A DNA stretch of 62,562 bases, filler included, from Rhabdomonas costata (lineage: Eukaryota): the NCBI GenBank assembly GCA_019059605.1. It is 29 parts of 29 records of this genome, joined end to end, with 100 filler letters (N's around TTAATTAATTAA, not from the genome) between each part and the next. Parts side by side here need not be neighbours in the genome. Positions count along the whole stretch, not along the records: positions 47,554 to 49,612 come from JAHMHO010005998.1; positions 49,713 to 51,770 come from JAHMHO010005999.1; positions 51,871 to 53,929 come from JAHMHO010006000.1; positions 54,030 to 56,088 come from JAHMHO010006001.1; positions 56,189 to 58,247 come from JAHMHO010006002.1; positions 58,348 to 60,406 come from JAHMHO010006003.1; positions 60,507 to 62,562 come from JAHMHO010006004.1; 22 more parts are not named here. One strand, given 5' to 3'. Under the pieces are notes generated by a model. The model saw nothing but the letters and a program-made list of their open reading frames with translations, searched no databases and was not told the DNA's origin. The translations under genes were made by a program, and so were the position numbers. Position 1 is the first letter of the stretch, and each line of letters begins with the position of its first letter. This document shows positions 49,203 to 61,584 of this stretch, piece after piece.

Positions 49203-52200
49203 GTCGGGTCCCTCCATCCCGCATGCACCTGGTCGGGCGATTTCGAGAAGGTTGCGTTGGCGTGAATTTGGTCACATCCTGCAAAATATGGCGCCTGCGA
49301 ATAGTTGATAATTTATGGAGATCTCTCAATTACTCGCTCATCTTTTACTGGAACTTCTGTCTTTGTCGATCCCATTTCTCTTGTAAACTGCTGCGCTGTC
49401 ACCATTTCGATGAAACTATTCTTGCCGTTCTTTGTTGGTGCAGGGGGCTTCTCTTATGCCCGGAAAGGTGCCATGGGCAACGCGTGGAGTGCAGAGCATT
49501 TGTATGAGAAACGGAAAGCAAACCGAGCCGAAAGCCGGAGCTCCACAACACCGATTTTTAAAGCCCCGTTCCACAACGGCGACAATGCCTCGTGTAGGTG
49601 GTACACCACCCCNNNNNNNNNNNNNNNNNNNNNNNNNNNNNNNNNNNNNNNNNNNNTTAATTAATTAANNNNNNNNNNNNNNNNNNNNNNNNNNNNNNNN
49701 NNNNNNNNNNNNCCACGCCGACACACCAACCGCCCCCGCCCCATACCCATTCGCTGCAGGATGGCGGCGTCTCTGACGCTCCCCGTCGCCGCGGAGCTTG
49801 CGCCTGGTACCGATTCGCATCCCCCAGCCAAGGGGTCGCCAGCCATGAGCGCACCAGCGCCGCCACACTGGGGACAGCCAAGCGCAGCGTCACCAGAGGG
49901 GCCTTCCCATCTCGGAGGGCTCCATGTCCGACCCCACGTTCCCGCGCCAGCCGTCGGGACCAGCCCGACAACCAGCCCACATAAGGGCACACCCGAGCAC
50001 ACCCACACGGGAACAATCACGAAGCTGATGAGGCGACCGCCACGCAGACACGCAGCACAACAGCACACATGCCCGCATTCACACTTCCACACTGCCGTAC
50101 TGCAGGCTTTTCCGTCACACGCCAGCCCACCCGGCATATTCTATTCTGCACTGTTTTTGTTTTTGCCTCCTGCCGCCTTGCTCATTGTTTTCTGGCGGGC
50201 ACCCCCTTGTAAAAGCAGTTGAACCCTCCTAGTTGCCTGTATTTCAGGATTCTGTGTGTTCTCCCCGTGCGTTGCTGCGGTGGACTTTCGCATTTTCTCG
50301 CCGCCAGAGCATTGGCTCGAGACCTGCGGCCTCCCTACATTTCCTTTTTCCCCAGCCAATCACACCCTTTTCTGCCCTTCTATGCTCCTCCGTATGCCTG
50401 TTTCCTTTGTCTGCCAGAGCTCCTCTCCTAGAAGCCTCCCTCTCTTAGATTCGGCCCTTTTGTGCTTCTGTGCTTCTGCTCCTGCGTATTGCTTTTTTGT
50501 GTCAACAGTTTTGTGCTCGGTCTACTTTGCCCCAAAAAACCAATGGCAACAGCATACGTGGTGTGCCATTACATTGGCTTGCTTTGGTGGTCGACTGTAG
50601 CGGAAACTTGGGTTCGGATATTGTGCCCGCCCGAATGGGAAAGCAGCGCCGGGCTTTCCAAAGTTTGGCAGCACTGGTGCGCTCAAGGCGGGAGGGTCCC
50701 ACGTGGCGGAGGGATGCGCACAGGCGCTTGGCAGTAGCGTTAGTGACCGCGTCTTGTGGCGGACAATCAAGTATGGGAACCGGGTGTTGGTGTCTCGCGT
50801 GGGGTCTCGGGGCCCAAAGGGGTCCATATCCATTTGCGGATGGGGTCCACCTCCTCCATCCCGTTGTCTTCGGTGAAATCCCCTGACCAGACTCAGACAA
50901 TAATCCTGCCATGGACACGTTCCACACATTGGAGTCCAGGTCTGCGCCGTAGTTCGCATAGGCGCCGCCAGTCTTCAGCTGCTTTTTGTGTGTAAACCGC
51001 CGGGCGTGTCCGCGGCCCATGGAGAGTAGCTTCAACGCTTATACTCGTGCTTGGCGCCAGTACAGTCCAGTCCAGTCCAGTCCAGACCTTGAATTACAAA
51101 GCGCGTGGTCCTTTGGGAAGGATGTTCTGGAACAATAGGTTGGGGGGTACCAGTTCATGAAGGTGCGGAAGCGCACTTCCTTCAGATGTTCCCGTTTCGG
51201 CGCATGGCGCACATTGTCTCATACCATGGGTGTCTGCCAGCTTTTTACAGGCCAATTGCAAGGAGAATTGGTGCGATGAACGAGGAACGCAGTGACGAGT
51301 AAACGAAGGAGCGAGCGTGTCGAGTGACAATTGGGGCCCCAAAACACACCATTACCTATACCCACTGAGTTAAGGAGCCCTTGCAGAGGAAGCGGCAAGC
51401 GGAGTAGGCGGTACATCTTGGGAGTATGTGACCGGAGTAAAACAAATACGATCTGGAAAGCATTTTTTTGACATTTTTTCTATGATTTCTATGGGGTTCG
51501 GTGCTTCATAACTCATTAGTTGTGTGACGTCACGCATTTTAGAGAAGTGAGGTTTTTTGCTCCGGTTTTTACACTTCGTATGTTTTCTCTTCATCACTCT
51601 TTTTTCTTCATTTCAACGGGGTATCAAACGATATCCCGACGGAGAGTAGAGCCGGCGTTTTTTCAAGAAAGTCTCCAAAAATACGCGTTTATTTTGCACT
51701 TTTATACAAGTTTTTCTCAGAGGTGGGTATCCCACACCAACTACACTCTTTAAAAGTGGTAAAAAAACACNNNNNNNNNNNNNNNNNNNNNNNNNNNNNN
51801 NNNNNNNNNNNNNNTTAATTAATTAANNNNNNNNNNNNNNNNNNNNNNNNNNNNNNNNNNNNNNNNNNNNGTGCCCGGCCCAGTGTCTTCAGCCGGGAGG
51901 CCTCCATCCCCGTTAACCTTTTATTGCGTCTGCATGCCACACCTATTCGTACTGTTGCCACGATCCCATCACGATCCCGCATTCACATTGCGCCCTGGCG
52001 GTGTGAGATACTTTCCCCTGTTTTTCCTCCTTGACCGTTTTCCCCCGTCTTGGTACGCTTAGATTCTCCTGCGGCGTGTGTCTCCATTTTGGATTTTGGG
52101 GGTCTTTATACACCTCTTTTCTGGTCTGAGCGCCCAGCACGGTTCTTGGCTTTTGCCTGAATAGAGGAGTGTCGATAAGGGGCTTCTGTCCCGGCTTCTG

Positions 52201-54636
52201 GTTTTTGCATGTCCACAAGTGCTGACATCCCTGTCATTTTTCTGCAACCAATACAAACAATACACGCCTCATGAAAGTGATGCGTCCAGGTTTGTTCGAA
52301 TTTTTTTCTTTGTTCAATTTTTATAGAGCGGCTGCGAGTTGGTCTGCTCCCGACTTGCGCCAATGTGCGTCCTCGTTTTTTGTAAGGTTTTTCAGAAATG
52401 GATAGGCCCGAGGCCTTTTCTTTTAAGTATGTTTGTTCACTTGCATGAGAAGACGATTTCTGTGCATCGTGTCCTGAGCTCGTGTGCATCTCTGTGGATT
52501 TCCCGCTTATGGGGAGGGCCGGTGTAAAACGTTTGCGGCGGGGGGGGGGGCGTTTCCCGGATATCCCCCAATCACCTTAATCACCCGCGCGCACGTGATT
52601 TAATCTGACCGCGTGCGAGAGGAAGGAACTTTCCGTCTGGGAGTGGAATGGTGTGGGCACTAATTTGCAGCACTGCGATCATTGGGCGTCATCAAAAGGA
52701 GCAGCATAGTCCATTCCCAATGACTCACACTATAGAGCTAGCATTGTGTGCAGGTGAACTGGTGGGCCCCCTTTGTCCTAGACAGGATTTGGGGTACCGC
52801 ACAGAGAGAGCCCAAAGAAGAAAGGCAGAAGAAGACAAGCGGTGAACCAAAAGATGGATGAAAAGAAAAGATGTCGGAAAGCTTACCCCTCGTTAATCAC
52901 AACCCATTGGAAAGCAAACATTGTCCAGTATTCAAAATCCGACGCACACAGCAGCCGCACAGATATAAAGAGGAGAGGAGTACGGGAGAGTGCACGAAAA
53001 ACAGTACAGTTTTAGGGGAGGCATGTGGGACACGGCAAATCGGAAACAATCCGGAGCAAAAAAAAACGGTTCAGAATCCAGTTCCGAGCATCAAACAGTG
53101 CAAATCTGAGTTGTGGAAGGTTCATTGTGGAGGGAGAAAGAGAAAGAGAGAGACCGGATGGTGCTGAATGGGAGAATGCGCGTATTTGTCACCCCTCGTT
53201 TGTCCCCCCCCCCTTTCAGGCTGAGAGCAAAGCCTATCACCCTCTCCTTTTCCTTCATCAGCAAAATGCCCTAATTTCCAACCGGTGAACTCAAGAACCA
53301 CTGGGTTCTAAAACTCGTCGTCTTTTGGTGGCAGCGCAATCGTGGAGTCCCCAATCTCTGAACTGAAAGAACAAGTCAGCGACCCTATTTCTATCAGCAC
53401 TCAGTTCAAGCAGTATTGCAGGCTGGTTCAAATCTTTCAATTTCTTGCCCTTCGGTCTCAAATTCGGGGCGGGGGACCGGAATGACTGTTGTTTTTGGCC
53501 GAGAAAACTCGAGATGTCTCCGAATCTTTCTCTTCTGTCATTTAATCGCACAAATACACTCAAGCGCAATAAGACTGACACAGCTATATGACCTCAAAAA
53601 AAAATTCAGGTTTATTTTGAATGTCCATACTACCGCAGGACTTGGCATGGTTTGTCCCGTCCCGTCCTCACGTCGTCCCTCACGCCGCGGAATTGCAGTG
53701 AAAAAAATGTGTGCGTCTCTTGAAGACAGGAAAACCAACAGAAATCTAACCGGCAGAAAGGTGTAAGGCCGACAGCGGTCCACCCCCTTGTGCTTCTTCC
53801 GTTCCAGTTCGTTTTAGGCTGTGGTATGCTTTAGAAGGTGCAGCGTGTCGCGCTTCGTCGGGCCCTTTGGTTCTTCTCAGCCTCCTTTTTCCGACTTTTG
53901 GCTGCCTTTTCGCCCAACCACCCACACAANNNNNNNNNNNNNNNNNNNNNNNNNNNNNNNNNNNNNNNNNNNNTTAATTAATTAANNNNNNNNNNNNNNN
54001 NNNNNNNNNNNNNNNNNNNNNNNNNNNNNGGGTTGGGGGTTTTCACGGCTGTACTGCATTGAGTCATTTGCGTTTTGAGTTTGGAACCGTGGCGTTTTCC
54101 ATACAGACCGTTTTTGTGGTGAAATTGGGATTGGAAAACTGTGTCTTTTTGTCGTAGCCCATCTTTCTTGAACAACGAACAAAGAGCCTTGTCCTTATTT
54201 TTACGAGCTTTATGCTCGTTTTTTCTTTCAGAATCTCACGAGCCCAGGACTGGTCTGGCACGACGCCCCGTTCGCTTTCCCGCTCTTTGGAACTCGGGCA
54301 TGGCGAATCTCCAGGTGTGGTGATCGCTTGCTATCATGATCTCGGCATGATCTCGCTCGCTCTTTTATGTGTACAAATGATGGTGTGCGAAAAAGGGAGA
54401 TGGGTTGGTTGCGGTAATGCGGATTTGGCTAAACCTGCAAATTATTAGCATGCCTGTTTGGAATTGGATGTAGTGAATACGCCGTCCGGATCCATTAATA
54501 TGGAAAGATCTCGAAGATGGTGTGTGGTGAACGAATTCGTCAATGTCTTTTCGAGCCTCCCTTCCGGTCCAAATCGGATGTTTTGGTAAGCATTTTCGGG
54601 TGTGGTTGTGCGTCCCACGGTTTTTGTTGGGGGCAA

Positions 54637-55295
54637 AGCTGCCTCTGGGCTGGACCTGGCCCAAGCCTACCGAGTGGAGGCTCTACGGCGGCGGGTGCTG
54701 GAGGACGAGGCCCGGCGGACTCAGCTCCTTGTCACCGAGCTCCGCAGCGAGGTGGACTCTTTGCGGTACGTGACGCACTCTCAACAGTCCCTCAACTGAT
54801 CTGACCTGCACCCTCTAGCTTGTGGAGCCCACATCCATGGATACGCTGGCCTTCTTCCACTTGTGCAATGGGTGAAGAAGGAAGGGAAGGTTTTTTCGTC
54901 GTTGGTGTGACCCCGTAACTTAGCTTGGCTTCCGCGTGTTTTTGAAAACGTAAACTCTCGTAAGGACGGCAAGTGCGGAGTGGGTGGGCGGGAGGATGCT
55001 CTGGATGCCTGTTTGTATTCATAGTCGCCGCGATAGCTGTATTGATTTCGGGGAAGGTGACATCTCACCCCCCCTTTAACCCTGGGTTGTTTTGGATGTT
55101 GAACCTTCACCATTTGTATGTTTGCAACTCGCTTCCTCACTTGGCAGGCGAGAGAGGCAAAGAATACAGGACGACATGGGGCAGTCTCTGGTGCGGGCGG
55201 CCAACGCCACAGCGAGCTGGTCCACCTGCCTGGCCGTCGACGCCGAGCTTGCGGTGGTGCTGGAAAAGAACCGGAACTTAGAGAACAGAAACCGG
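54637..55295 (+). CDS. Coiled-coil protein exons (about 54637-54766 and 55148-55295)
   Basis: VEALRRRVLEDEARRTQLLVTELRSEVDSLR|RERQRIQDDM...; AG/GT borders. Confidence 0.45.
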
Positions 55296-56974
55296 GTACC
55301 CCCAACGGAGGTCGGGAAGACCGGCTCCAGATTCTCCGGCGTGGGCCCCTCCCCGGGAGTGCCAGGAGTGGCATCCTCTTCCGCCACTGCCTTCTCCGGC
55401 TGGTGCTCCTCGGTTGCCGTCTTCTCCGTCTTCTCAGGAGCTTTGTCTTCCTCAGCAGGCCGCGGTGCATCCTCCACAGGAGCCGCCGCTGCGTGGGTAG
55501 GGCTGCCATCGAACTCTTGCACCTCGGTAGAGGAGGTTTGGGGAGGTTGACGGGAAGAAGGGGTGAAGAGCTCGGAGATTCCTCTCCTGGTGGTGCCCGC
55601 GGGCTCGGGAGAGATGCTGAGATCCCCCTCGCTGCTGGTTGGGGTGAGGTCCCCTTTGGTCAGGGGCTCGGCATCCCGCGGGCGCAGCACCCGGGACAGG
55701 TAAAGGGTGACCTGACACCAAGCAGGTTTTAAAATTTTCTCCCTTTCTTCCTTTTATCGTTTTTGATTTTCATGATACACGAACTAATGACAGTGACCGA
55801 GGATAAGCAACTCTATGAGGGTACAGAAGCTGCCACTAGGCCACCTGGGCATACGTTTTTCTCTCACTTTACAGCTCCGGGAACACAACGGCAACCCTCT
55901 TCCAATAGAAAGTCGACAACTGTCCAACGCACCTCTCCACCTCCATTTAACTTTATTCAACATCGGGTGTTCACCAGTGGAAAAACACAACCCGCAATGC
56001 AGCGAGCATATGAAGCCACCCCCACCTGCCGGAAAAATACCGCAGAAAGTTCCCCGTACTTACACAAAACACGACGGACCCCCACCACNNNNNNNNNNNN
56101 NNNNNNNNNNNNNNNNNNNNNNNNNNNNNNNNTTAATTAATTAANNNNNNNNNNNNNNNNNNNNNNNNNNNNNNNNNNNNNNNNNNNNTGTTGTTTGGCT
56201 CCCTTCTTGCGTGCGCACAACACCCATACACCACACACGTGTAGACACACCCACTTACACTCTTCCCGGAGCGCTCTCTCGGCCGAATGGATGGGGCCGT
56301 GGCCCCACCCAAACACCCCTTCTGTGTGTTTGGAGCCCTGTGGGCCTCTCTTCGTGTCCTTCGTGCACTCTCGCATGACGTTTGTGTTGAATGTTTCTGC
56401 ACTGCATTTTCTGAATGCTCTCTGAACTCACCTGAATGCTGCAACATGTTGCCTTTCCATGAGTGTTGTTCTGTCCTCTCAGCTATTGATCATTATCATT
56501 ATTCCGCGGACTCCACGGGTACGATGTGTGAAGATTAGTAACTGCAGAACGAAACCGAAGAGAGATGACCATCTCACAGCGGGGGATTGCCTCTACTTTG
56601 CCAGCTGTCGAAGAAGTTTAGTGTACCAGTACCCTTGCGGGGATGGGACGATTTGATGTCCTCCACCCTCTGCAAATCCATTCAGCAACCAGATAGTGGA
56701 TGTGGGGGCAGTAATGGACACAATTGGTTTTGACCCCGAAACATCAACGAAACATCAACGAAACGTCGCATCTGATGCGCCTGCTGCTGCGAAGAGCAGC
56801 TAATGCCAAGGATTTTTCGGTGGTGTTTGCATCTGTCCATTAGTGTTTGTCCTGTTTTTCACCAAACCTTCTGAATGTCGCAGGCCCATAACCTCCAAAA
56901 ACTTGCCAAGGTGTGCTCTTCCGTGCCTTCTTTGCACCTCACGTTTCGAGCCAGACCTTGGCTATCCTGCGACG

Positions 56975-57925
56975 ATGCGCGTTCTTCGCGCGCAGGGGCG
57001 GAGGAAAGAGGAGGACTGTCGGGTTAAGATTGAGCTGACGGAGCAGCAGAAGCGGGAGATCAAGCAGGCCTTCGACCTCTTTGACACTGAGGGCACAGGT
57101 AGCCCCATTTATTTTCTGTTTGTGAAAGTGTCGGATTGGTCAGTTTTGGCTTGCATCTATTCTGCTAAACACCCATGGATCGTGAGGGGGCAATGACAGG
57201 CGAGGGCAATCATTGTTCTCCCTGCTTGGCCGGCAAGCGTAGTATTAGTCCTTGAAGCCCACATCATACTGAGGTTGTGTTAATGTTACCCCATCGGCAT
57301 CCGTTTTCCCTAAAGGAAAGATTGATGCTCGCGAAGTAAAGGTCGCGTTGCGTGCCTTGGGGTTTGAGCCGAAGAAGGAAGAGATGAGCGCCATTGTGAA
57401 GGAGGTGGACAAGGATGGCAGCGGGAAGATTGACTTCAACGAGTTCCTCGACCTTCTTATCCGCAAAATGGCATATAATGCTCTCTCATTCATCTTGTGT
57501 AAGTGGCCCCTTGTTATGTGCTTTTGGGCAGCGGTTGTGTTTTTGAGGTTTCGTGACGCTTTTTCTTCAAAAGGTGGTGTTTGCATTCCACGGTGTTGTG
57601 TCAGCATTGACATTTTCAGCAAAAATAAAAACAAAGGGAGAGAAGGACAGCCGCGAGGAGACTCTGAAAGCATTCCGCCTGTTTGCGGAGGATGGCAGCT
57701 CAACTCAGGTGAGAAGCTTTTTTCTGGTGGCCGATTTAGCGAAAACTTTCTTTGATTTTAATGCGCCTCTTTACTATGGTTTCCATTCTCGTGGTCCCTT
57801 TTTTTGTTTGGAACCCTCCTTTTGTTGAGTCCATGGGGGCGTGTTTCCTCCCATGCATTGTCTTCCCACCTCAGATGGAGCAAGATGGATTCAGCCCCGG
57901 CGTCATCACCTTCGAGAACCTTAAG
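56975..57925 (+). CDS. Centrin-like EF-hand protein, partial; exons about 56975-57098, 57316-57470, 57637-57708, 57875-57925
   Basis: [45 protein letters not shown]...[14 protein letters not shown]...[18 protein letters not shown]...ITFENLK. Confidence 0.92.
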
Positions 57926-60027
57926 GTGAATGCTCGCTCCTTTGGCGAGGCCCCCTCCTTAATAAACAACAGTTTGAGGAGCTGCTCATCATTGATGCTT
58001 TGCGTTGTTGACATTTCCCCACATTTTATCACACCAAGCTTGGGGTTCGATACAGAACTTCCCGTGGGTTTTGCGGAAGTAACGCGAAATGTGGTGACAC
58101 TTCTTCGTGGGAAGACCTTGTCTGCTGGAATGTGTTCCCACAGTCAGGGTAAACAACCGAGCTTTATGCCATTGAACATTGTCTCGTTAGCTTCCCCCCC
58201 CTTCCAGCGGACATATTTGGGAGGCTTGTATCCTTGGTTTCCTTGTCNNNNNNNNNNNNNNNNNNNNNNNNNNNNNNNNNNNNNNNNNNNNTTAATTAAT
58301 TAANNNNNNNNNNNNNNNNNNNNNNNNNNNNNNNNNNNNNNNNNNNNGTGGGGGTGCTGGTTTGCAGGGAAACCTGTGGGTGCGTTTGCAGTTTGTAGAA
58401 GGTTTGCATATTTTCTTTTCTTTCCCCTCGCGCATGGCCGCCGCGTGGTGACATGGGATCATGGGATCAAGTTTGCAGTGGTGGATGTTTCCTCACTGGA
58501 GACTTTTCCCATGTCCCCAGCCCGAAATTGTGTAACGTATCAACAAAGGGAGGGATCAGGTCTCACCGAGTAATTACCATGATTCATCCTTGCCAAGGGC
58601 ACAAGATTTGCGTTTACAAAGGAAAAGGCCTCATATTATCTGGCTATGAGAGCTGTTTTCAAAGGTCACACCGTTGAGAGGTGGATGGGTTGCCACGCCA
58701 GCAAGGAGACAGAATGCGATGCTATGTGCCCAATATTATTTTGTGCAACCAATATTTAGACCTGGGATGTAATGAAACGTGAAAAACAAAAGCCTCCACT
58801 GGCAGACGAACAGTCATGGGACACTGATGCAGGTATTTTCCTTATTTTCAGGTTGAGTTTCTGGCCCAGAAGCGGGCCCTGCAAGCCTTCGGCCTCTCTG
58901 AAGAGGTTTCCGTCGCCTTGGCTGCGTGTCCGTGTGTAGAAATGTGTGTGTGTGGATGAGAGAGTGGAAGGCCCCATTTAAAAACAAAAGCGAGCATTTA
59001 TTCATAAACAGTTGGCGGGGGCTTACTTTTGCAGTTCTTTCTCTCATCGCTCTTCTTTCTTCTGGAGTTTCTTGGAAATGGGGACCAAAACCTCGCCCTA
59101 TTAGCTACGTTTGCCATGGTCACCCCCGGACCGGAGTGGAGACCTAACATTGACCTCAGAAGTCGAGCTAGAGTGACGGGTTGGGGCTCATATTTGGTGG
59201 AATGGTAGTGCTCCTGAGATGATTTGGTTGGCCGCTTCCCTGGCCTCGGACTCCTTCTCTACGCCGAGATATGGCCCCTTCAAGGTCCCAAGGTACCCTT
59301 GCTTTTGCTTGGGCTTGAGTTTGGATAAGAGAAAGTAGCGGCGTACCGTCCGATCACACTGCGTCAACACTGAGAGCAAATGGGGCGTGTGAGCTCCGTG
59401 TGAGCTAAGTGTAAAGGAAATCATGAGTACCATACATACCGTAAATACACACCATACAACATACATGCAATACAACATGTACACATACACACCATGGGGG
59501 TGTGAAGAAAAAAGAAGAAGAAAATCACCCAGAGCTGCACAAGCGCGGAGGGTTGGCGCCCAGAATGAGGGCTCTCGCTACCACGAACGGCCTTTTTGTC
59601 CCATCGCTGTCCTATGGGACAAGAGGAATTGGGCATTCCCATCATATGTTACGCTACATAGGAACCCATGCGAACTCTTCCGCGGATCCGGGGGGGTGGG
59701 TGTTAAACAGTTCAAAGTTGTTTTTCCGTGGAAGGGTTAAGCTACAGTGTGAAGGACTCCGGAAAAATTACCAAAGGAATTTTTCAGTGTCAAAGCCCAA
59801 GTTCTTATATCGGCGGTGCACCCCCCCCCCCGTGGTCCAGACCGACCATGACTCATATCGTTTTCCGGTTCCACACTGACTTTCCGGGTTTCACCACACA
59901 ACCAAGCGAACCTCGCTGCATGTAGTTGCAGAGGGTTGTCAAGCATAGCTTACATGTTGAGGCTGGAGAATAATGAATGTCATCCTCAAAGCGAATCGCT
60001 CTTTGATTTTTCATGTGCTCGTCTTAG

Positions 60028-60225
60028 GAATGGGCCGTGAACGTGCAGCCATACTCCGGTAGCCCAGCCAACCTTGCCGTGTACATGGGGCTTCTCAACC
60101 CACACGACCGAATCATGGGCCTCCACCTCGCCTCCGGCGGGCACTTGACCCACGGCTACTACACACCCTCCAAGAAGATCACCGCCTCCTCAGTGTTCTT
60201 CGAGTCCCTGCCGTACCATGTCAAG
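60028..60225 (+). CDS. SHMT: Serine hydroxymethyltransferase exon (eukaryotic type)
   Basis: [44 protein letters not shown]...SVFFESLPY. Confidence 0.97.
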
Positions 60226-61218
60226 GTTGACAAATACATATCCGGCTTTACACAGAGGGCTCTTCACGTACCACCATTGGGGATCAGCAAAAATGTTTGG
60301 TGCTCGTATACGACGTGCACCCCCCCCCCCTACCCAAGTATCAACATGCACCCCCATGCACTCCGGGAAGAAGCCGCAAGAAACATCACGTCTAAGCCAC
60401 AAACCCNNNNNNNNNNNNNNNNNNNNNNNNNNNNNNNNNNNNNNNNNNNNTTAATTAATTAANNNNNNNNNNNNNNNNNNNNNNNNNNNNNNNNNNNNNN
60501 NNNNNNAGGCAGCCTTGACCCCCGAGGCCGTTAATGGCGCATTCAAGGTATCTGACATTGGGATTGGAATTGAGGCGCACATTACCATCGCAATGTGAGC
60601 AGGACAGAGGGTGGTGGAGGGTGGGCGTGAACTATACCAGGCTCCCAGCCGGGCACAAAGCGGGCGATCATATTTCTTGGTGGCTAGCGTGCGGTGAATG
60701 GGGACAGAGTGCAATGCTCGCAACCATTTGAAAGTCTTTGGATTTGAACGTTTTGGATTTTTGATGAGAAGCAGGGAGTTACAAATTTCGGGTTACTTAA
60801 GGATTTAACTAACATGGGGAGGGTGTTAAACGAGTGAGGGACCATTATGGGCAAGGTCCGGGCAAAATCTACCTACACCTCGACCGCTCTCGGTTGACCT
60901 GTAGCGTGGGTCACTCTGTACGAGCCCAGGCTCGACCGTGTCAGGCACAGCTCGATCTGCGGGTCGTTGACCTGTGTCAGGGCTTGATGATAACCTTTTT
61001 CAACAACTATTACGCTTGGTCTGCAGCGAAACGTGCACCGTGCGCAAATGAGAAACGTTGCCACGACGTTGCAGTCACCAAGGTAACCCATCTCCAAAGC
61101 ACATCGAAAACAGCTACGAGAAAAAGCAGCCCTTTCGCGGATGGGAAAAGAGGGCCTCCCGGATCGGGCTCCCATTTTAACATTGCAGAGGAAAAGGGCG
61201 AAAACCGAGAAAATAGGG

Positions 61219-61584
61219 TCAGAGGCCACCTTTCCCAAACTGGCTCCATGCCCGCCGAAAGTTCTGTATCGCGGCCTTCTTGTTGTAGTCCCTCACGAAG
61301 CGCAGGTAGGGTAGAATAGGGGTGTACCGCGGGAACTGCTTATCAACAATCTCGAGATTGGCCAGCGAAGCTTTGAAATTAGTGCGGTTCTGGAGTCTGT
61401 GGTTCATCCCATTGTAGAGCTCATGTGGCAGCATCAGCAGCCCTCTTTCAAAGGCCTGCGAGAGCTCCCAGGGGCGGCGAAGCAGCCACGCCTGAACGCC
61501 GAAGGCTCCCCGGTTGGCCTGGTACACGCGGTATCCCAACCGGTTGGGGAGCTGCTCCACCAGAAAGGCTGCAATGAAGGACAC
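61219..61584 (-). CDS. Probable exon of an unknown protein
   Basis: Stop-free frame with GC3-rich codons and protein-like composition; no family recognised. Confidence 0.4.
   Translation of the reverse strand: MSFIAAFLVEQLPNRLGYRVYQANRGAFGVQAWLLRRPWELSQAFERGLLMLPHELYNGMNHRLQNRTNFKASLANLEIVDKQFPRYTPILPYLRFVRDYNKKAAIQNFRRAWSQFGKGGL

Noticed and set aside
49713-53929. Many 60-180-aa ORFs on two contigs
   Set aside because: No recognisable domains or consistent exon chain; probably intronic or intergenic, or exons of unknown genes.
2064-60506. Regularly spaced TTAATTAATTAA palindromes resembling a repeat array
   Set aside because: They are always embedded in N-runs and act as synthetic six-frame-stop linkers. 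No gene-neighbourhood inference across them is valid.
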